Origin: Actinomycetes bacterium
GTDB lineage: Bacteria; Actinomycetota; Acidimicrobiia; Acidimicrobiales; JAMCPL01
Assembly: GCA_021816935.1 (NCBI GenBank)
Contig: JAKAWR010000006.1
Coordinates: 86,977-150,976, forward strand
Direction of reading: 5' to 3'
Length of the DNA: 64,000 bases
Shown here: one piece after another, positions 19,732 through 33,319 of the stretch
Layout of the letters: every line of letters starts with the position of its first letter
Position numbering within the stretch: the first letter of the stretch is position 1
The notes under the pieces: model-generated
Databases searched by the model: none
Told to the model about the DNA's origin: nothing
Seen by the model: the letters and a program-made list of their open reading frames with translations, nothing else
Program-made: the position numbers and the translations under genes

Positions 19732-21219
19732 TCAGCGGGTCGAGCGCAGCCGCTGGAGCTCGGCCACGACTGCCTTGCCGTCCGCCTTGCCGCGGGTGGC
19801 CTTCATAACCTGGCCGATGAAAAACTGGGCGAGCTTGTCCTCCCCGCTGCAGTACCGGTCCCACTCGGCAGCGTTCGAGGCGACGACCTCCTCTACGGAT
19901 GCGTTAATGGATCCGGCGCCCATCGTCTCGAAACCGAGACGCTTTGCAATCGCAGCCGGGTCCCCCCTGCCTTCATCCAGCATCTCAGACAGGACAGCCT
20001 TCACCTGAGTGGCCGTGAGCTTACCGGCCTCCTCCATGACGAGGAGGCGGCCGTAGGATTCCGGGTCGAGCGCCAGCGCCTCGTCGATGCGGGACGCCGC
20101 CTCGTTGGCGGTCCGGGCCAGTGCCTTCTCCGGGGACACTCCGCCGTTCACGGCGGCAAGGAGCAAGCCGTCGAGCCCGTTCTCTACCAGGCCGGCGATC
20201 TGGTCTTCCCTTGCGCCGCCGGCTCCCGCCCCGCCGCCGGTGCCCGCGCCTGCGCTGGAGAACAGAGCCGCGATCTCACTGCGGCGCTGCGCCGGCATGG
20301 CAGGCAGCCCGGCAGCGATAGCGTCCACACGCTCCTGTCCCGGAACGAGTCTCAGGAGGTCCGGCTCCTCGAAGTAACGGTAGTCGTGCGCCTCCTCCTT
20401 GGAGCGGAGCGAGGCGGTCCTGCCGGTATCCTCGTCGAAGTGGCGGGTCTCCTGGACGACCGAACCACCGGATCTGTAGACCTCGGCCTGCCTTGCGATC
20501 TCGTATTCCAGCGCCCGGACGAGGGAGCGCAGCGAGTTCAGGTTCTTGATCTCGCACCGAGTGGCAAGACTTGCAGACCCGGCGGGACGCACGGAAATGT
20601 TGACGTCCACCCGCATGGAGCCCTCTTCCATTCGTGCCTTCGACGCGCCGGCGGCGACAAGTATGGCTCTCAATTCCGCCACGTACTCGCGGGCCTCCTG
20701 CGGGGAACGGATGTCGGGCTCAGATACGATCTCCAGGAGCGGGACGCCGGCCCTGTTGTAGTCGACCAGGCTGAAAGTCGCGTCGTGTATCCGTCCGGTG
20801 CCCCCCATGTGAACCGTCTTGCCGGTGTCCTCTTCGAGGTGAGCTCTCGTGACCCCCACCCGGGTGCCGGATGGAAGATCCAGCCATCCGCCTGCGTTGA
20901 GCGGTTCGTCGTATTGGCTGATCTGGTAGTCCTTCGGCATGTCCGGGTAGAAGTAGTTCTTGCGGTGGAAGGTGCATTGGCGCACATCGCTGTGGAGCGC
21001 AAGCCCCACCCGGATGGCGAGGTCGACCGCACGTTCGTTGAGAACCGGCAGCGAACCTGGCAGTGCCAGGCAGACCGGGCACACGTTGGTGTTCGGCTCA
21101 TCGCCGAAGGAGTTCGGGCAGGAACAGAAGAGCTTCGTTGCGGTGGCAAGCTCGCAGTGCACCTCCAGCCCGATTACGGGTTCGTAGCCTACCGATCCGC
21201 CGCTGGCGTCGACGGCCAT
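19732..21219 (-). CDS. gatB: Asp/Glu-tRNA amidotransferase subunit B
   Basis: YEPVIGLEVHCELATATKLFCSCPNSFGDEPNTNVCPVCLALPGSLPVLN, plus a C-terminal YqeY-like tail. Confidence 0.95.
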   Translation of the reverse strand: MAVDASGGSVGYEPVIGLEVHCELATATKLFCSCPNSFGDEPNTNVCPVCLALPGSLPVLNERAVDLAIRVGLALHSDVRQCTFHRKNYFYPDMPKDYQISQYDEPLNAGGWLDLPSGTRVGVTRAHLEEDTGKTVHMGGTGRIHDATFSLVDYNRAGVPLLEIVSEPDIRSPQEAREYVAELRAILVAAGASKARMEEGSMRVDVNISVRPAGSASLATRCEIKNLNSLRSLVRALEYEIARQAEVYRSGGSVVQETRHFDEDTGRTASLRSKEEAHDYRYFEEPDLLRLVPGQERVDAIAAGLPAMPAQRRSEIAALFSSAGAGTGGGAGAGGAREDQIAGLVENGLDGLLLAAVNGGVSPEKALARTANEAASRIDEALALDPESYGRLLVMEEAGKLTATQVKAVLSEMLDEGRGDPAAIAKRLGFETMGAGSINASVEEVVASNAAEWDRYCSGEDKLAQFFIGQVMKATRGKADGKAVVAELQRLRSTR

Positions 21220-21274
21220 CAGAGCTCCTGCCTCCCGGACGCCCGCCCCCCGAGCGTATGCGAACCGAAGGCCG

Positions 21275-22893
<1,619 letters not shown>

Positions 22894-22897
<4 letters not shown>

Positions 22898-23199
22898 GGT
22901 GCCTCCCCGAGGATCCGTGGAACGAGGAACATGCCGTCCATCGACTCCGGAGCCTCTCGGAGCACGTCGTCCCGTTCCAGGCATTCGCCCGGTTCGTCTT
23001 TGCGCATGACGTTCTCGGCGGGCGTCGCGTGAGCGGTGGGCTGGACGGAAGACGTATCGACCGCTGCCACCTGACCTGCGTACTCGAGAACGGCCTCGAG
23101 TTGCATCGTGTACAGCGCCAGCTCGTCGCCGGTGACGTCCAGGCGCGCCAAGCGGGCAACGTGCGCGGCCTGCTCTATCGTGATCCGTTCCCCGGTCAC
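22894..23199 (-). CDS. gatC: Asp/Glu-tRNA amidotransferase subunit C
   Basis: [44 protein letters not shown]...; 101 aa, located directly upstream of gatA. Confidence 0.9.
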
Positions 23200-23200
23200 G

Positions 23201-24091
23201 CTACGCGCCCAGCGACCGCACTATCTCCACCATCAGCCAGCCAGCCTCGGTTGGGTTCTTAGCGACCTGGACCCCTGCTGCAGACAGGGCATCCATCTTT
23301 CCCTGGGCAGTCCCAGCTGATCCGGAGATGATCGCGCCTGCGTGGCCCATCCTTCTCCCTGGCGGGGCGGTCTGGCCGGCAATATAGGCAACGACCGGCT
23401 TCGTCATGGTTCCGGCGATGTACTCCGCAGCCTGCTCCTCGGCCGATCCCCCGATCTCACCGATCATGAGCACGGCCTTCGTCTCGGGATCCTTCTCGTA
23501 TGCTTCGAGGCAGTCGAGGAAGCTCGTGCCGGGAACCGGATCGCCGCCTATACCAACGCAGGTCGTCTGGCCGATCCCCTGCTGGGTCAGCTCGTGGAGT
23601 GCCTGGTATGTGAGCGTCCCCGAGCGGCTGACGATGCCGACCGGTCCGCCTGCCAGTGCGATGTCCCCCGGGGTTATGCCGATGTTCGCTTTGCCCGGAG
23701 CGATGATCCCGGGGCAGTTCGGGCCTATGAGGCGGGTTTCAGGGTAGTGATCCTTCAGCATGTTGATCGCCCGCGCCTCGTCCTGCGCAGGAATGCCCTC
23801 GGTAATGCAGACCGAGAGCCTGATGCCCGCTTCGGCGTCGTCGACGATCGCGCCTGCAGCGGCCTTCGGCGGTACGACTACGAAGGAGACACTCGCACCC
23901 GTGGCTTCGATCGCCTCGGTCATCGTATTGAAGACCGGTATGCCGTCAACGTCCGTATCGCCCTTGCCCGGGGTTACGCCGGCCACGACTTTCGTGCCGT
24001 AATCCCTGTTCCTGAGACCGTGGAAGCGGCCCTGGTTCCCCGTGAGTCCCCTTACCGCCACTCTCTCCGTACCGTCGAGGAAAATACTCAC
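23201..24091 (-). CDS. sucD: Succinyl-CoA synthetase alpha subunit
   Basis: [32 protein letters not shown]...[11 protein letters not shown]...SRSGTLTYQ...MGHAGAII (phospho-His loop). Confidence 0.95.
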   Translation of the reverse strand: MSIFLDGTERVAVRGLTGNQGRFHGLRNRDYGTKVVAGVTPGKGDTDVDGIPVFNTMTEAIEATGASVSFVVVPPKAAAGAIVDDAEAGIRLSVCITEGIPAQDEARAINMLKDHYPETRLIGPNCPGIIAPGKANIGITPGDIALAGGPVGIVSRSGTLTYQALHELTQQGIGQTTCVGIGGDPVPGTSFLDCLEAYEKDPETKAVLMIGEIGGSAEEQAAEYIAGTMTKPVVAYIAGQTAPPGRRMGHAGAIISGSAGTAQGKMDALSAAGVQVAKNPTEAGWLMVEIVRSLGA

Positions 24092-25344
24092 CTAAGACCT
24101 CCCGCGTTCACGTTGGCTGTATCGACCGACTCGCCGTCAGCACTATCGCCGTCCCTGTTGACTCCCGCCGCCGCCCCGGCCCCTTCAGGGGCGCTCGACC
24201 TCCCTCCGGACGCCAGGGCGACCGCCCTTGCCGCCGCTTCGAGCATGGTCGTCTCCGCGATCAGCCTGCCCGAGAGGTGGGGGGCCAGCAGGGCTCTTCC
24301 CGTTTCGGCGTTCGTGCCATCGAGGCGCAGCACGATGGGGGAGTGGAGGTCGACCCTGACGATGGCGTCCAGGATGCCTTTCGCGATCTCGTCACAGCGG
24401 GTGATGCCACCGAAAATATTGACGAGGATCGACGATACGTTCTGATCCGAGTTGATCAGGTCGAGGGCGGAAGCCATCATGTCGGCGCTTGCTCCACCGC
24501 CGATGTCCAGGAAGTTGGCCGCAGTGCCGCCCGCCTGAGCCACTACATCGAGGGTGCTCATGGCAAGCCCGGCACCGTTGGCGATGATCCCGACGTTTCC
24601 CGACAGGCCGACGTAGTTGAGCCCGCGCTCCTTCGCCTCCTTCTCGCGCCTGTCGGTCGTCTCCGTGGCGGCGAAATCTGCCCATTCGGGGTGGCGGAAT
24701 GCGGCATTGTCATCGAGGGTGATTTTCGCGTCCAGGGCATGGACAGTCCCGTCCGGCGTCAGTATCAGCGGGTTGATCTCGGCAAGATCGCAGTCGCCCT
24801 CTACGAAGCACTTGTAGAGACTGGCGAGGAGATCCGCCGCCTGCTGCCGGGCCGCCTCGTCTATGCCGGCATCGGACAGCGCTGCGGCTGCATCCTCGGG
24901 AGAGAACCCTCTCGCCGGATCGACATGGCGGCGCACTATCGCCTCGGGGTCGGTCCGCGCCACCTCTTCGATGTCCACGCCACCTTTCGTCGAGAGCATG
25001 AGAAGGTGCTGCTGTGCCGATCTGTCCAGCGTGAAGCTTGCATACCACTCCTTAGATATGTCACTTGCATGCTCGACCCAGAGACGCTCGACCTTGTGGC
25101 CTTTGATGTCCATCCCGAGTATCGCTCCAGCGTGCTCCGAGACCTCCGCGGGCGTGGCAGCGAGCTTCACGCCTCCGGCCTTTCCCCTGCCGCCCACTTT
25201 GACCTGGGCCTTGAGTACGACCGGGTAGCCGGCCTTGCCCGCTTCTTCCAGTGCTTCCTCGACAGTTACGGCGACGCCGCCCGGCGAAACCGGTATGCCG
25301 TACCCGGCGAAGTACTGCTTGCCCTGGTACTCGAACAGATCCAT
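24088..25344 (-). CDS. sucC: Succinyl-CoA synthetase beta subunit (with an ~40-aa low-complexity C-terminal tail)
   Basis: MDLFEYQGKQYFAGYGIPV...VVLKAQVKVGGRGKAGGVKLA...NIFGGITRCDEIAKGI. It overlaps sucD by 4 nt. Confidence 0.95.
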   Translation of the reverse strand: MDLFEYQGKQYFAGYGIPVSPGGVAVTVEEALEEAGKAGYPVVLKAQVKVGGRGKAGGVKLAATPAEVSEHAGAILGMDIKGHKVERLWVEHASDISKEWYASFTLDRSAQQHLLMLSTKGGVDIEEVARTDPEAIVRRHVDPARGFSPEDAAAALSDAGIDEAARQQAADLLASLYKCFVEGDCDLAEINPLILTPDGTVHALDAKITLDDNAAFRHPEWADFAATETTDRREKEAKERGLNYVGLSGNVGIIANGAGLAMSTLDVVAQAGGTAANFLDIGGGASADMMASALDLINSDQNVSSILVNIFGGITRCDEIAKGILDAIVRVDLHSPIVLRLDGTNAETGRALLAPHLSGRLIAETTMLEAAARAVALASGGRSSAPEGAGAAAGVNRDGDSADGESVDTANVNAGGLR

Positions 25345-25794
25345 TTACGCTCCTTTCGCATTCCCGCCGCTCGCGGTAGTTCCAGCCCTCTCGAGATCTC
25401 GGCCGTCTAGAGCCTCTTCGAGCCAGCCGGTAACCGAACCGAGAGGGCTGCCGGGGGTGAATACATGAGAAACCCCCATCTCCCGAAGGGCCGGGAAGTC
25501 TCCCTCCGGGATGATCCCGCCCACCATAACGAGGACGTCTCCTAGACCGCTCTCCCTCAGGCCATTGACGATTCGCGGAACTATCGTCATGTGGGCGCCG
25601 GAGAGGAGGGATACCCCGAGAGCGTCGGCGTCTTCCTGGAGGACGGCCTGGACCACCTGCTCCGGGGTCTGGTGCAGTCCGGTGTAGATCACCTCGAAGC
25701 CGGCATCGCGCATCGCCCGTGATATAACCTTGGCTCCGCGGTCGTGGCCGTCGAGCCCCGGCTTGGCCATCACCACTCGGTACTTCCTTAACAT
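25345..25794 (-). CDS. Cobalamin-binding domain protein (stand-alone small subunit of a methylmalonyl-CoA-mutase-type acyl-CoA mutase)
   Basis: VVMAKPGLDGHDRGAKVISRAMRDAGFEVIYTGLHQTPEQVVQAVLQEDADALGVSLLSGAH = the DxHxxG B12-binding motif. Its stop abuts the sucC start with zero gap. No large mutase subunit lies in the window. Confidence 0.85.
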   Translation of the reverse strand: MLRKYRVVMAKPGLDGHDRGAKVISRAMRDAGFEVIYTGLHQTPEQVVQAVLQEDADALGVSLLSGAHMTIVPRIVNGLRESGLGDVLVMVGGIIPEGDFPALREMGVSHVFTPGSPLGSVTGWLEEALDGRDLERAGTTASGGNAKGA

Positions 25795-25926
25795 TCAGCC
25801 TTCCACTCTTCCCATCCCGCCATCCTGCGCCCGTCCTGCGCCAGGATAACCACAATAGAGGAGACCCATCGCCTGCCACCACTCCGGGCGGCACTCTCCG
25901 GCGCCGTCGTGGGCGGCCGACTGGGC

Positions 25927-27117
25927 TCAACAGGCCGCCGGTTCAGAGCCCCAGATCGAGACGAAGGAGACGGCTGCGCCGGGCATCCCACCCAGATTGT
26001 GCGTGAGAGCGAGCTTCCTGCCATTGCCTATCTGCCGGTCGCCTGCATCCCCCCGGAGCTGCAGCCACGCCTCGAACAGCATTCTCAGCCCGGAGGCTCC
26101 CAGTGGGTGGCCAAACGACTTGAGACCGCCGTCGGGGTTGATCGGCAGCGTTCCGTCCAGGTCGAACGTACCGGCGAGCACCTCCTTCCAGGCGGTGCCC
26201 CGCGGTGCGAAACCCAGGTCCTCCATGAGGACCATCTCAGTCGGCGTAAAGCAGTCGTGGACTTCGGCGAACGCCAGCTCTGCCCTCGGATCGGTGACGC
26301 CGGCCTGGCTGTAGGCGTCCTCAGCCGATGCGACTACCTCGGTGAAGGTCGTGTAGTCGTAGCCGGGGTCGATGGGTCCTTTCCCGGCGCCCGCGACGAA
26401 GGAGAGCGCCTTTACGTAGAGCGGCTTCTCCTGGTATCGGGGAGCGTCCTCCGCCCTTACGATCACGGCTGCCGCCGACCCGTCCGACACGCCGGACGCA
26501 TCGAAAATCCCCAGCATGCCAGCGATCGGTGGCGAAGCCTTGATCACCTCCTTAGGGACCTCCCTGCGGAACTGTGCCCGGGGGTTGAGAGCTCCGTTGC
26601 GATGGTTTTTCCAGGCTATATGCGTGAAGACATCCTTCAGCGTGTCCATGTCCACTCCGTACTTGCCCGAGTAGGCGGGTGCCAGGAGAGAGAACATGGC
26701 GGGAGCGGTCAACTCCGCCTCGGTCCCATCGGTCCAGCCGGTCGCGAGAACGAGCCCCGAGTAGCCGCTGTCCTTCAGCTTCTCGACCCCGATGGCCATG
26801 ACGACGTCGTAGGCCCCGGAGGCAACCGCGTATGAGGCATTGCGCAGAGCTTCAGAGCCCGTAGCGCAGAAGTTCTCGACCCGGGTCACGGGCTTGTTGT
26901 CGATCTTGAGGGGCTTGGACAGCGTCAGGCCGCTGTAGTTGCCGACCGTCCCGAGCCAGAAGGCGTCGATGTCGCCAAGGCTCATGCCGGCCGAATCGAG
27001 AGCTTCGGTTGCAGCGTCGACCAACATCTCGTCCACGCCGGCATCCCACCGCTCACCGAAGCGGGTACACCCCATACCTACGACGGCGACTTTGTCGCGG
27101 ATCCCGTTCGATGCCAT
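25927..27117 (-). CDS. SCP-x/archaeal-type thiolase (acetyl-CoA acetyltransferase-like)
   Basis: VAVVGMGCTRFGERW..., a nucleophile Cys in VENFCATGSEAL, and C-terminal GHPLGASGLRM and HNLGG motifs. Confidence 0.85.
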   Translation of the reverse strand: MASNGIRDKVAVVGMGCTRFGERWDAGVDEMLVDAATEALDSAGMSLGDIDAFWLGTVGNYSGLTLSKPLKIDNKPVTRVENFCATGSEALRNASYAVASGAYDVVMAIGVEKLKDSGYSGLVLATGWTDGTEAELTAPAMFSLLAPAYSGKYGVDMDTLKDVFTHIAWKNHRNGALNPRAQFRREVPKEVIKASPPIAGMLGIFDASGVSDGSAAAVIVRAEDAPRYQEKPLYVKALSFVAGAGKGPIDPGYDYTTFTEVVASAEDAYSQAGVTDPRAELAFAEVHDCFTPTEMVLMEDLGFAPRGTAWKEVLAGTFDLDGTLPINPDGGLKSFGHPLGASGLRMLFEAWLQLRGDAGDRQIGNGRKLALTHNLGGMPGAAVSFVSIWGSEPAAC

Positions 27118-27154
27118 CAGGAACCTCCTTTGAGCCCAAGAGTCTCAGCGTGTC

Positions 27155-28615
27155 TCAGCGTGCGGGGAGCCTTGGACTCGCCGCACCGCTACCCCTGATC
27201 GGGCGCGCCTTCCAGAAGTAGTTGTGAACACCGCCCGCAGTGAAAACCCGTCGGAAGGTCATCTCGACGCGTGTGCCGATGGCGACCTGGCCTGGATCGA
27301 CGTCGGTGAGCTCGCAGGTATACCTTCCCCCTCCGTCGAAGTCGACGACTGCCACGACGGCAGGTGGGCTTTCGGAGTAGGCGAGGTGGTCGATCGTGAA
27401 CGTTGCCACGGTTCCCGGTACGCCGGCCAGGGGTTCGCTCACCATATGGTCGACCGCCCCGCATGACATGCATACGCGTGACGGCGGGAGGTGGCGGGTC
27501 CCGCAATCGCACCTGGACCCGACGAAGGCGAACTTCCACTCCTCCGATCGGTACGACGGGGGAGCTGCAGGGGGGACCGGATCCGGCCGGCGCGGCGGTT
27601 CGAGGCGGTAGACGCCTCGCCACGTCTGCATTTTCGCGTAGGCCAGGTCATCACGCGTGGCTGCGATCTGGCCTGCCAGGCCACCGTCCCGCCTGCCGAC
27701 GCCTTGCGTGACAGCCTCGGTAGTGCGGAAGAGCAGCACGTCCACGCCGTCGGCGAGCACGACGAGAGCGATGGTCTCGTCCGCCCCTGCGCTGTCCAGC
27801 ATCGAGCAGAGCAGGAGTCCGGGATGCGCCGCGCCGGTATTGCCGACCACGGCTCCCAGGTCGTCTGCGAGCGCCCCAGGCGAGACGCCCGAGCCCGCGA
27901 GCTGCTTTGTAAACTGCCTAGCGGACCGTGCGTGCGTACCGGCGACGGCGACGTGGTCGATCTCGGCAGGCGCAAGACCAACTTCCTTAAAGGCGTTCGT
28001 AACGGCACTTTCGGCAAGCGGGAGATACGCGAACTCCCCGAAGCGCTCTTCCCAGCTCCGGGAGGCAAGGTCGCCCGGTTGGCGCCAGCGGTCCAGGACT
28101 TCGGCCGTGGCGCTCGCTCCTCCGAGGTACTCGGCGACGAGAGGAAGGTCGCCGCCTCCGTTCCCGCACAGGATTGCTGCAGCTCCGTCGCCTCCGTCAC
28201 GCTCGTCGGCACCTCCGGGCAGGCCGGTCCTCCAGTCGGCCGCCACCGCAAGGGTCGGCTGAGCCGAATCCAGCGCGGCCTTCAACGCGCCGGCAGCCGA
28301 TCTGACCGCGCCGATCATGTCGTATGCAGGAGCGTCGGCACCGAGCTGGAGCGCAGCGTGGATCACCGTCGCGTTGGTCTTGTCCAGGTAAGCCGGCCTC
28401 GTAGTCGAGAAGTACAGAGCGCGAGGTTGGGCGCTTTCCGGCACGCCACGGAGCGCCGCCCGCCCCGCTTCCACTGCCATCGAGGTCGAGTCCTCGTCGT
28501 ACGAAGCTACCGACCGGGTACCCTTGCCCCCGAGGGTGCCGAGAGCGGCTGCTATGGCCTCCCGCCGCAGGCGGAAGTAGGGAATGTAGGAACCGTACGA
28601 AATGACCCCGGGCAT
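27155..28615 (-). CDS. Fusion protein: HMG-CoA-synthase-like (thiolase-fold) domain plus a C-terminal DUF35 zinc-ribbon/OB-fold domain
   Basis: The N-terminus, VISYGSYIPYFRLRREAI...SVASYDEDSTSMAVEAGRAAL, resembles archaeal HMGCS. The C-terminus, FVGSRCDCGTRHLPPSRVCMSCG...GTVATFTIDH...VVAVVDFDGGGRYTCELTDV...GTRVEMTFRR, is a DUF35 (4-Cys ribbon plus OB fold). The start was set at the Met at 28615; the longest ORF starts at 28705. Confidence 0.7.
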   Translation of the reverse strand: MPGVISYGSYIPYFRLRREAIAAALGTLGGKGTRSVASYDEDSTSMAVEAGRAALRGVPESAQPRALYFSTTRPAYLDKTNATVIHAALQLGADAPAYDMIGAVRSAAGALKAALDSAQPTLAVAADWRTGLPGGADERDGGDGAAAILCGNGGGDLPLVAEYLGGASATAEVLDRWRQPGDLASRSWEERFGEFAYLPLAESAVTNAFKEVGLAPAEIDHVAVAGTHARSARQFTKQLAGSGVSPGALADDLGAVVGNTGAAHPGLLLCSMLDSAGADETIALVVLADGVDVLLFRTTEAVTQGVGRRDGGLAGQIAATRDDLAYAKMQTWRGVYRLEPPRRPDPVPPAAPPSYRSEEWKFAFVGSRCDCGTRHLPPSRVCMSCGAVDHMVSEPLAGVPGTVATFTIDHLAYSESPPAVVAVVDFDGGGRYTCELTDVDPGQVAIGTRVEMTFRRVFTAGGVHNYFWKARPIRGSGAASPRLPAR

Positions 28616-28723
28616 CGACGCGACGTTACCGTTCGCGCCGTCCGAGGCGCAAAGCGGCCCTGGATAGGACGGGTACGCTCTGTGGGACCTAAGCTGCTCG
28701 GTCACCTAAGCTGCTCGGTCACC

Positions 28724-31206
<2,483 letters not shown>

Positions 31207-31366
31207 GGGCCCGTGTCATAATTAGTGGGATGATATCCGGCGAGTCAGGGGCGTCATCTGGCAAGGACGAGGACGCAGATGTACCAGGGAGTACATCGAG
31301 GACGAGGACACAGCCAGGGGCGTCATCTGGCCGTCGGGATCGCTCAATTAATTATGACACGGGCCC
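31207..31366 (+). mobile_element. MITE-like non-autonomous element, copy A (160 bp, 18-bp perfect terminal inverted repeats)
   Basis: GGGCCCGTGTCATAATTA ... TAATTATGACACGGGCCC, flanked by TAA on both sides. It has no coding capacity. It is 160/160 identical to the reverse complement of 44934-45093 (checked base by base). Confidence 0.85.
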
Positions 31367-31564
31367 TAAGCAGGGCCGGGGCGGAGAGAGGGGGGTCGGA
31401 AGTTCCGCAGGGCCGGGGATGACGATAGCGGAGAGGGCGGCGTGGGTAGCGTATGTGGAAGATGGAATGGGACGTGCAAGTGCAGCGGGAAGCGTAAGCG
31501 GAGCGCCGGAGCGGGAAACGTAAGTGGAGGGGAGAGTGCCTGGAAGAGGAGATAGGAAAATCCA

Positions 31565-33142
31565 ATGGGAGTAGTCCTGGTAGCCGAGAAGATAGCCGAC
31601 AGCGGGTTGGCGTTGCTCCGGGAGGGCGGCCATGAAGTACGTGTCGAGCTGAGCCTGTCGCCCGAGGATCTCCTCTTGGCGCTCCCCGGCGTCAACGCGA
31701 TCATCATACGGTCCGCCACCCAGGTGACGGCCGAGGTGATCGCCGCTGGCTCCGCCTTGCAGGTGGTCGGCCGCGCAGGTATCGGGCTCGACAATGTGGA
31801 CGTGGCCGCTGCGACGAAGAAGGGCGTCATGGTGGTGAATGCTCCGCAGTCGAATATCCTTTCGGCAGCCGAGCATGCTCTCGGCTTACTGATCGCCCAG
31901 GCACGCAACATTCCCCAGGCGCATGCCGCACTGGTTGCCGGCTCATGGGAGCGTTCCAAGTGGGAAGGCGTGGAGCTCTACGGCAAGACCCTGGGAGTAG
32001 TAGGTCTCGGCCACGTTGGTGCTCTTGTGGCTCAGAGGGCTCTTGCATTCGGGATGAAGCTGGTTGCTTACGACCCCTATATAACGGGGGAGCGTGCGAG
32101 GCGGATGGGAGTGGAGCTGCTGGCCTCACTCGAAGACCTTATGGCACGATCGGATTTCGTCACGATACATCTGCCGAAGACGAAGGAGACCATGGGCTTG
32201 ATCGGGCGCGACCTGCTCTTCAAGGCGAAGACGGGCGTGAGGATCGTGAACGCCGCGCGGGGAGGGATCATTGACGAGGAGGCGCTGGCCGAGGCCATCG
32301 AGGCGGGCCATGTCGGAGGCGCTGGCCTGGACGTCTACGCTAGCGAGCCATGTACCGACTCACCCCTGTTCGGCCTTCCGGGTGTCGTGGCGACGCCCCA
32401 CCTCGGGGCATCGACGACCGAGGCCCAGGACAAGGCCGGCATCACCATAGCCGAGCAGGTGAACCTCGCTCTCGCCGGGGAGCTGGTCCCCTTCGCCGTG
32501 AACCTCGCCGCGGGTGAGCTGCCCGAGGCGGCCAAACCCTTCCTGCCCATGGCGGAGACCATGGGCCGCATCATGGCATCGCTGCACGAGGGAGTGCCCG
32601 GGAGTCTCAAGATCGCCTACCAGGGAGCTCTGGCCGGTGAGGGAGGGGGCAGGCCGTCGGTGCTGAAGCTTTCGGCGTTGAAGGGCTTGTTCGCAGCCGG
32701 CACCGAGGAGCCTGTCTCCTACGTCAATGCCCCGAGGCTTGCCGAAGAGAAGGGGCTGGTGATCGAGGAGATCTCCAGCACCTCATCGAAGGACTACGTC
32801 AGCCTTCTCACCCTGAGGTCGCCCGGGCATTCGATTGCCGGAACGCTTGCGGGTGCTCGCTCCGAGCCGAGAATAGTTATGCTCGACGACCACTCCGTCG
32901 AGATCCCTCCGGCGCCGAACATGCTTGTCGTGACCAACGACGACCGTCCGGGCATGATCGGCGTGGTCGGTACGGTGCTCGGGGACGGCGGCATCTCGAT
33001 ATCGTCGATGGCCGTCGGGCCCTCGACAGCGGGCCCGACGGCTCTCATGGTGCTCTCGACCGAAACCCCGGTCGAGAATGCGGTGCTGGCGGCTCTGAGG
33101 GCGTCCGAGGGAATCCTGGAGGTCCACCGCGTCAGCTCCTGA
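31565..33142 (+). CDS. serA: D-3-phosphoglycerate dehydrogenase (long form with a C-terminal ACT domain)
   Basis: GRAGIGLDNVDVAAATKKGVMVVNAPQSN...GKTLGVVGLGHVGALVAQRA...HLPKTKET...TPHLGASTTEAQ, plus a C-terminal ACT-like region. Confidence 0.9.
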   Translation: MGVVLVAEKIADSGLALLREGGHEVRVELSLSPEDLLLALPGVNAIIIRSATQVTAEVIAAGSALQVVGRAGIGLDNVDVAAATKKGVMVVNAPQSNILSAAEHALGLLIAQARNIPQAHAALVAGSWERSKWEGVELYGKTLGVVGLGHVGALVAQRALAFGMKLVAYDPYITGERARRMGVELLASLEDLMARSDFVTIHLPKTKETMGLIGRDLLFKAKTGVRIVNAARGGIIDEEALAEAIEAGHVGGAGLDVYASEPCTDSPLFGLPGVVATPHLGASTTEAQDKAGITIAEQVNLALAGELVPFAVNLAAGELPEAAKPFLPMAETMGRIMASLHEGVPGSLKIAYQGALAGEGGGRPSVLKLSALKGLFAAGTEEPVSYVNAPRLAEEKGLVIEEISSTSSKDYVSLLTLRSPGHSIAGTLAGARSEPRIVMLDDHSVEIPPAPNMLVVTNDDRPGMIGVVGTVLGDGGISISSMAVGPSTAGPTALMVLSTETPVENAVLAALRASEGILEVHRVSS

Positions 33143-33319
33143 CTCGGAGCGCGCGCGAGAGCGGCGCAACAGAACCGGGAAAGATACGCGAGGGCCGGCA
33201 GTGGAACCGTTTCGGAATCCAGTGCCATCCGCCAGGTGCTCCTGAGTATGGCTGGACCGATCCCATATCGTGCCTCGCACGCCGGGCACGTGCCGGGCCG
33301 GCCGTGATGAGTATCGGCA

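Noticed and set aside
22898-22984. Extension of the gatA ORF to 22984, inside gatC.
   Set aside because: It would overlap gatC by 90 nt in another frame. The GTG at 22897, with GGAGG upstream and a GTGA stop/start overlap, is the more plausible upstream limit.
31370-31564. The serA leader, considered as a T-box or known amino-acid riboswitch.
   Set aside because: I could not find the T-box consensus, a specifier-loop context, or glycine/serine-related riboswitch cores. It is kept only as an unexplained purine-rich leader (see findings).
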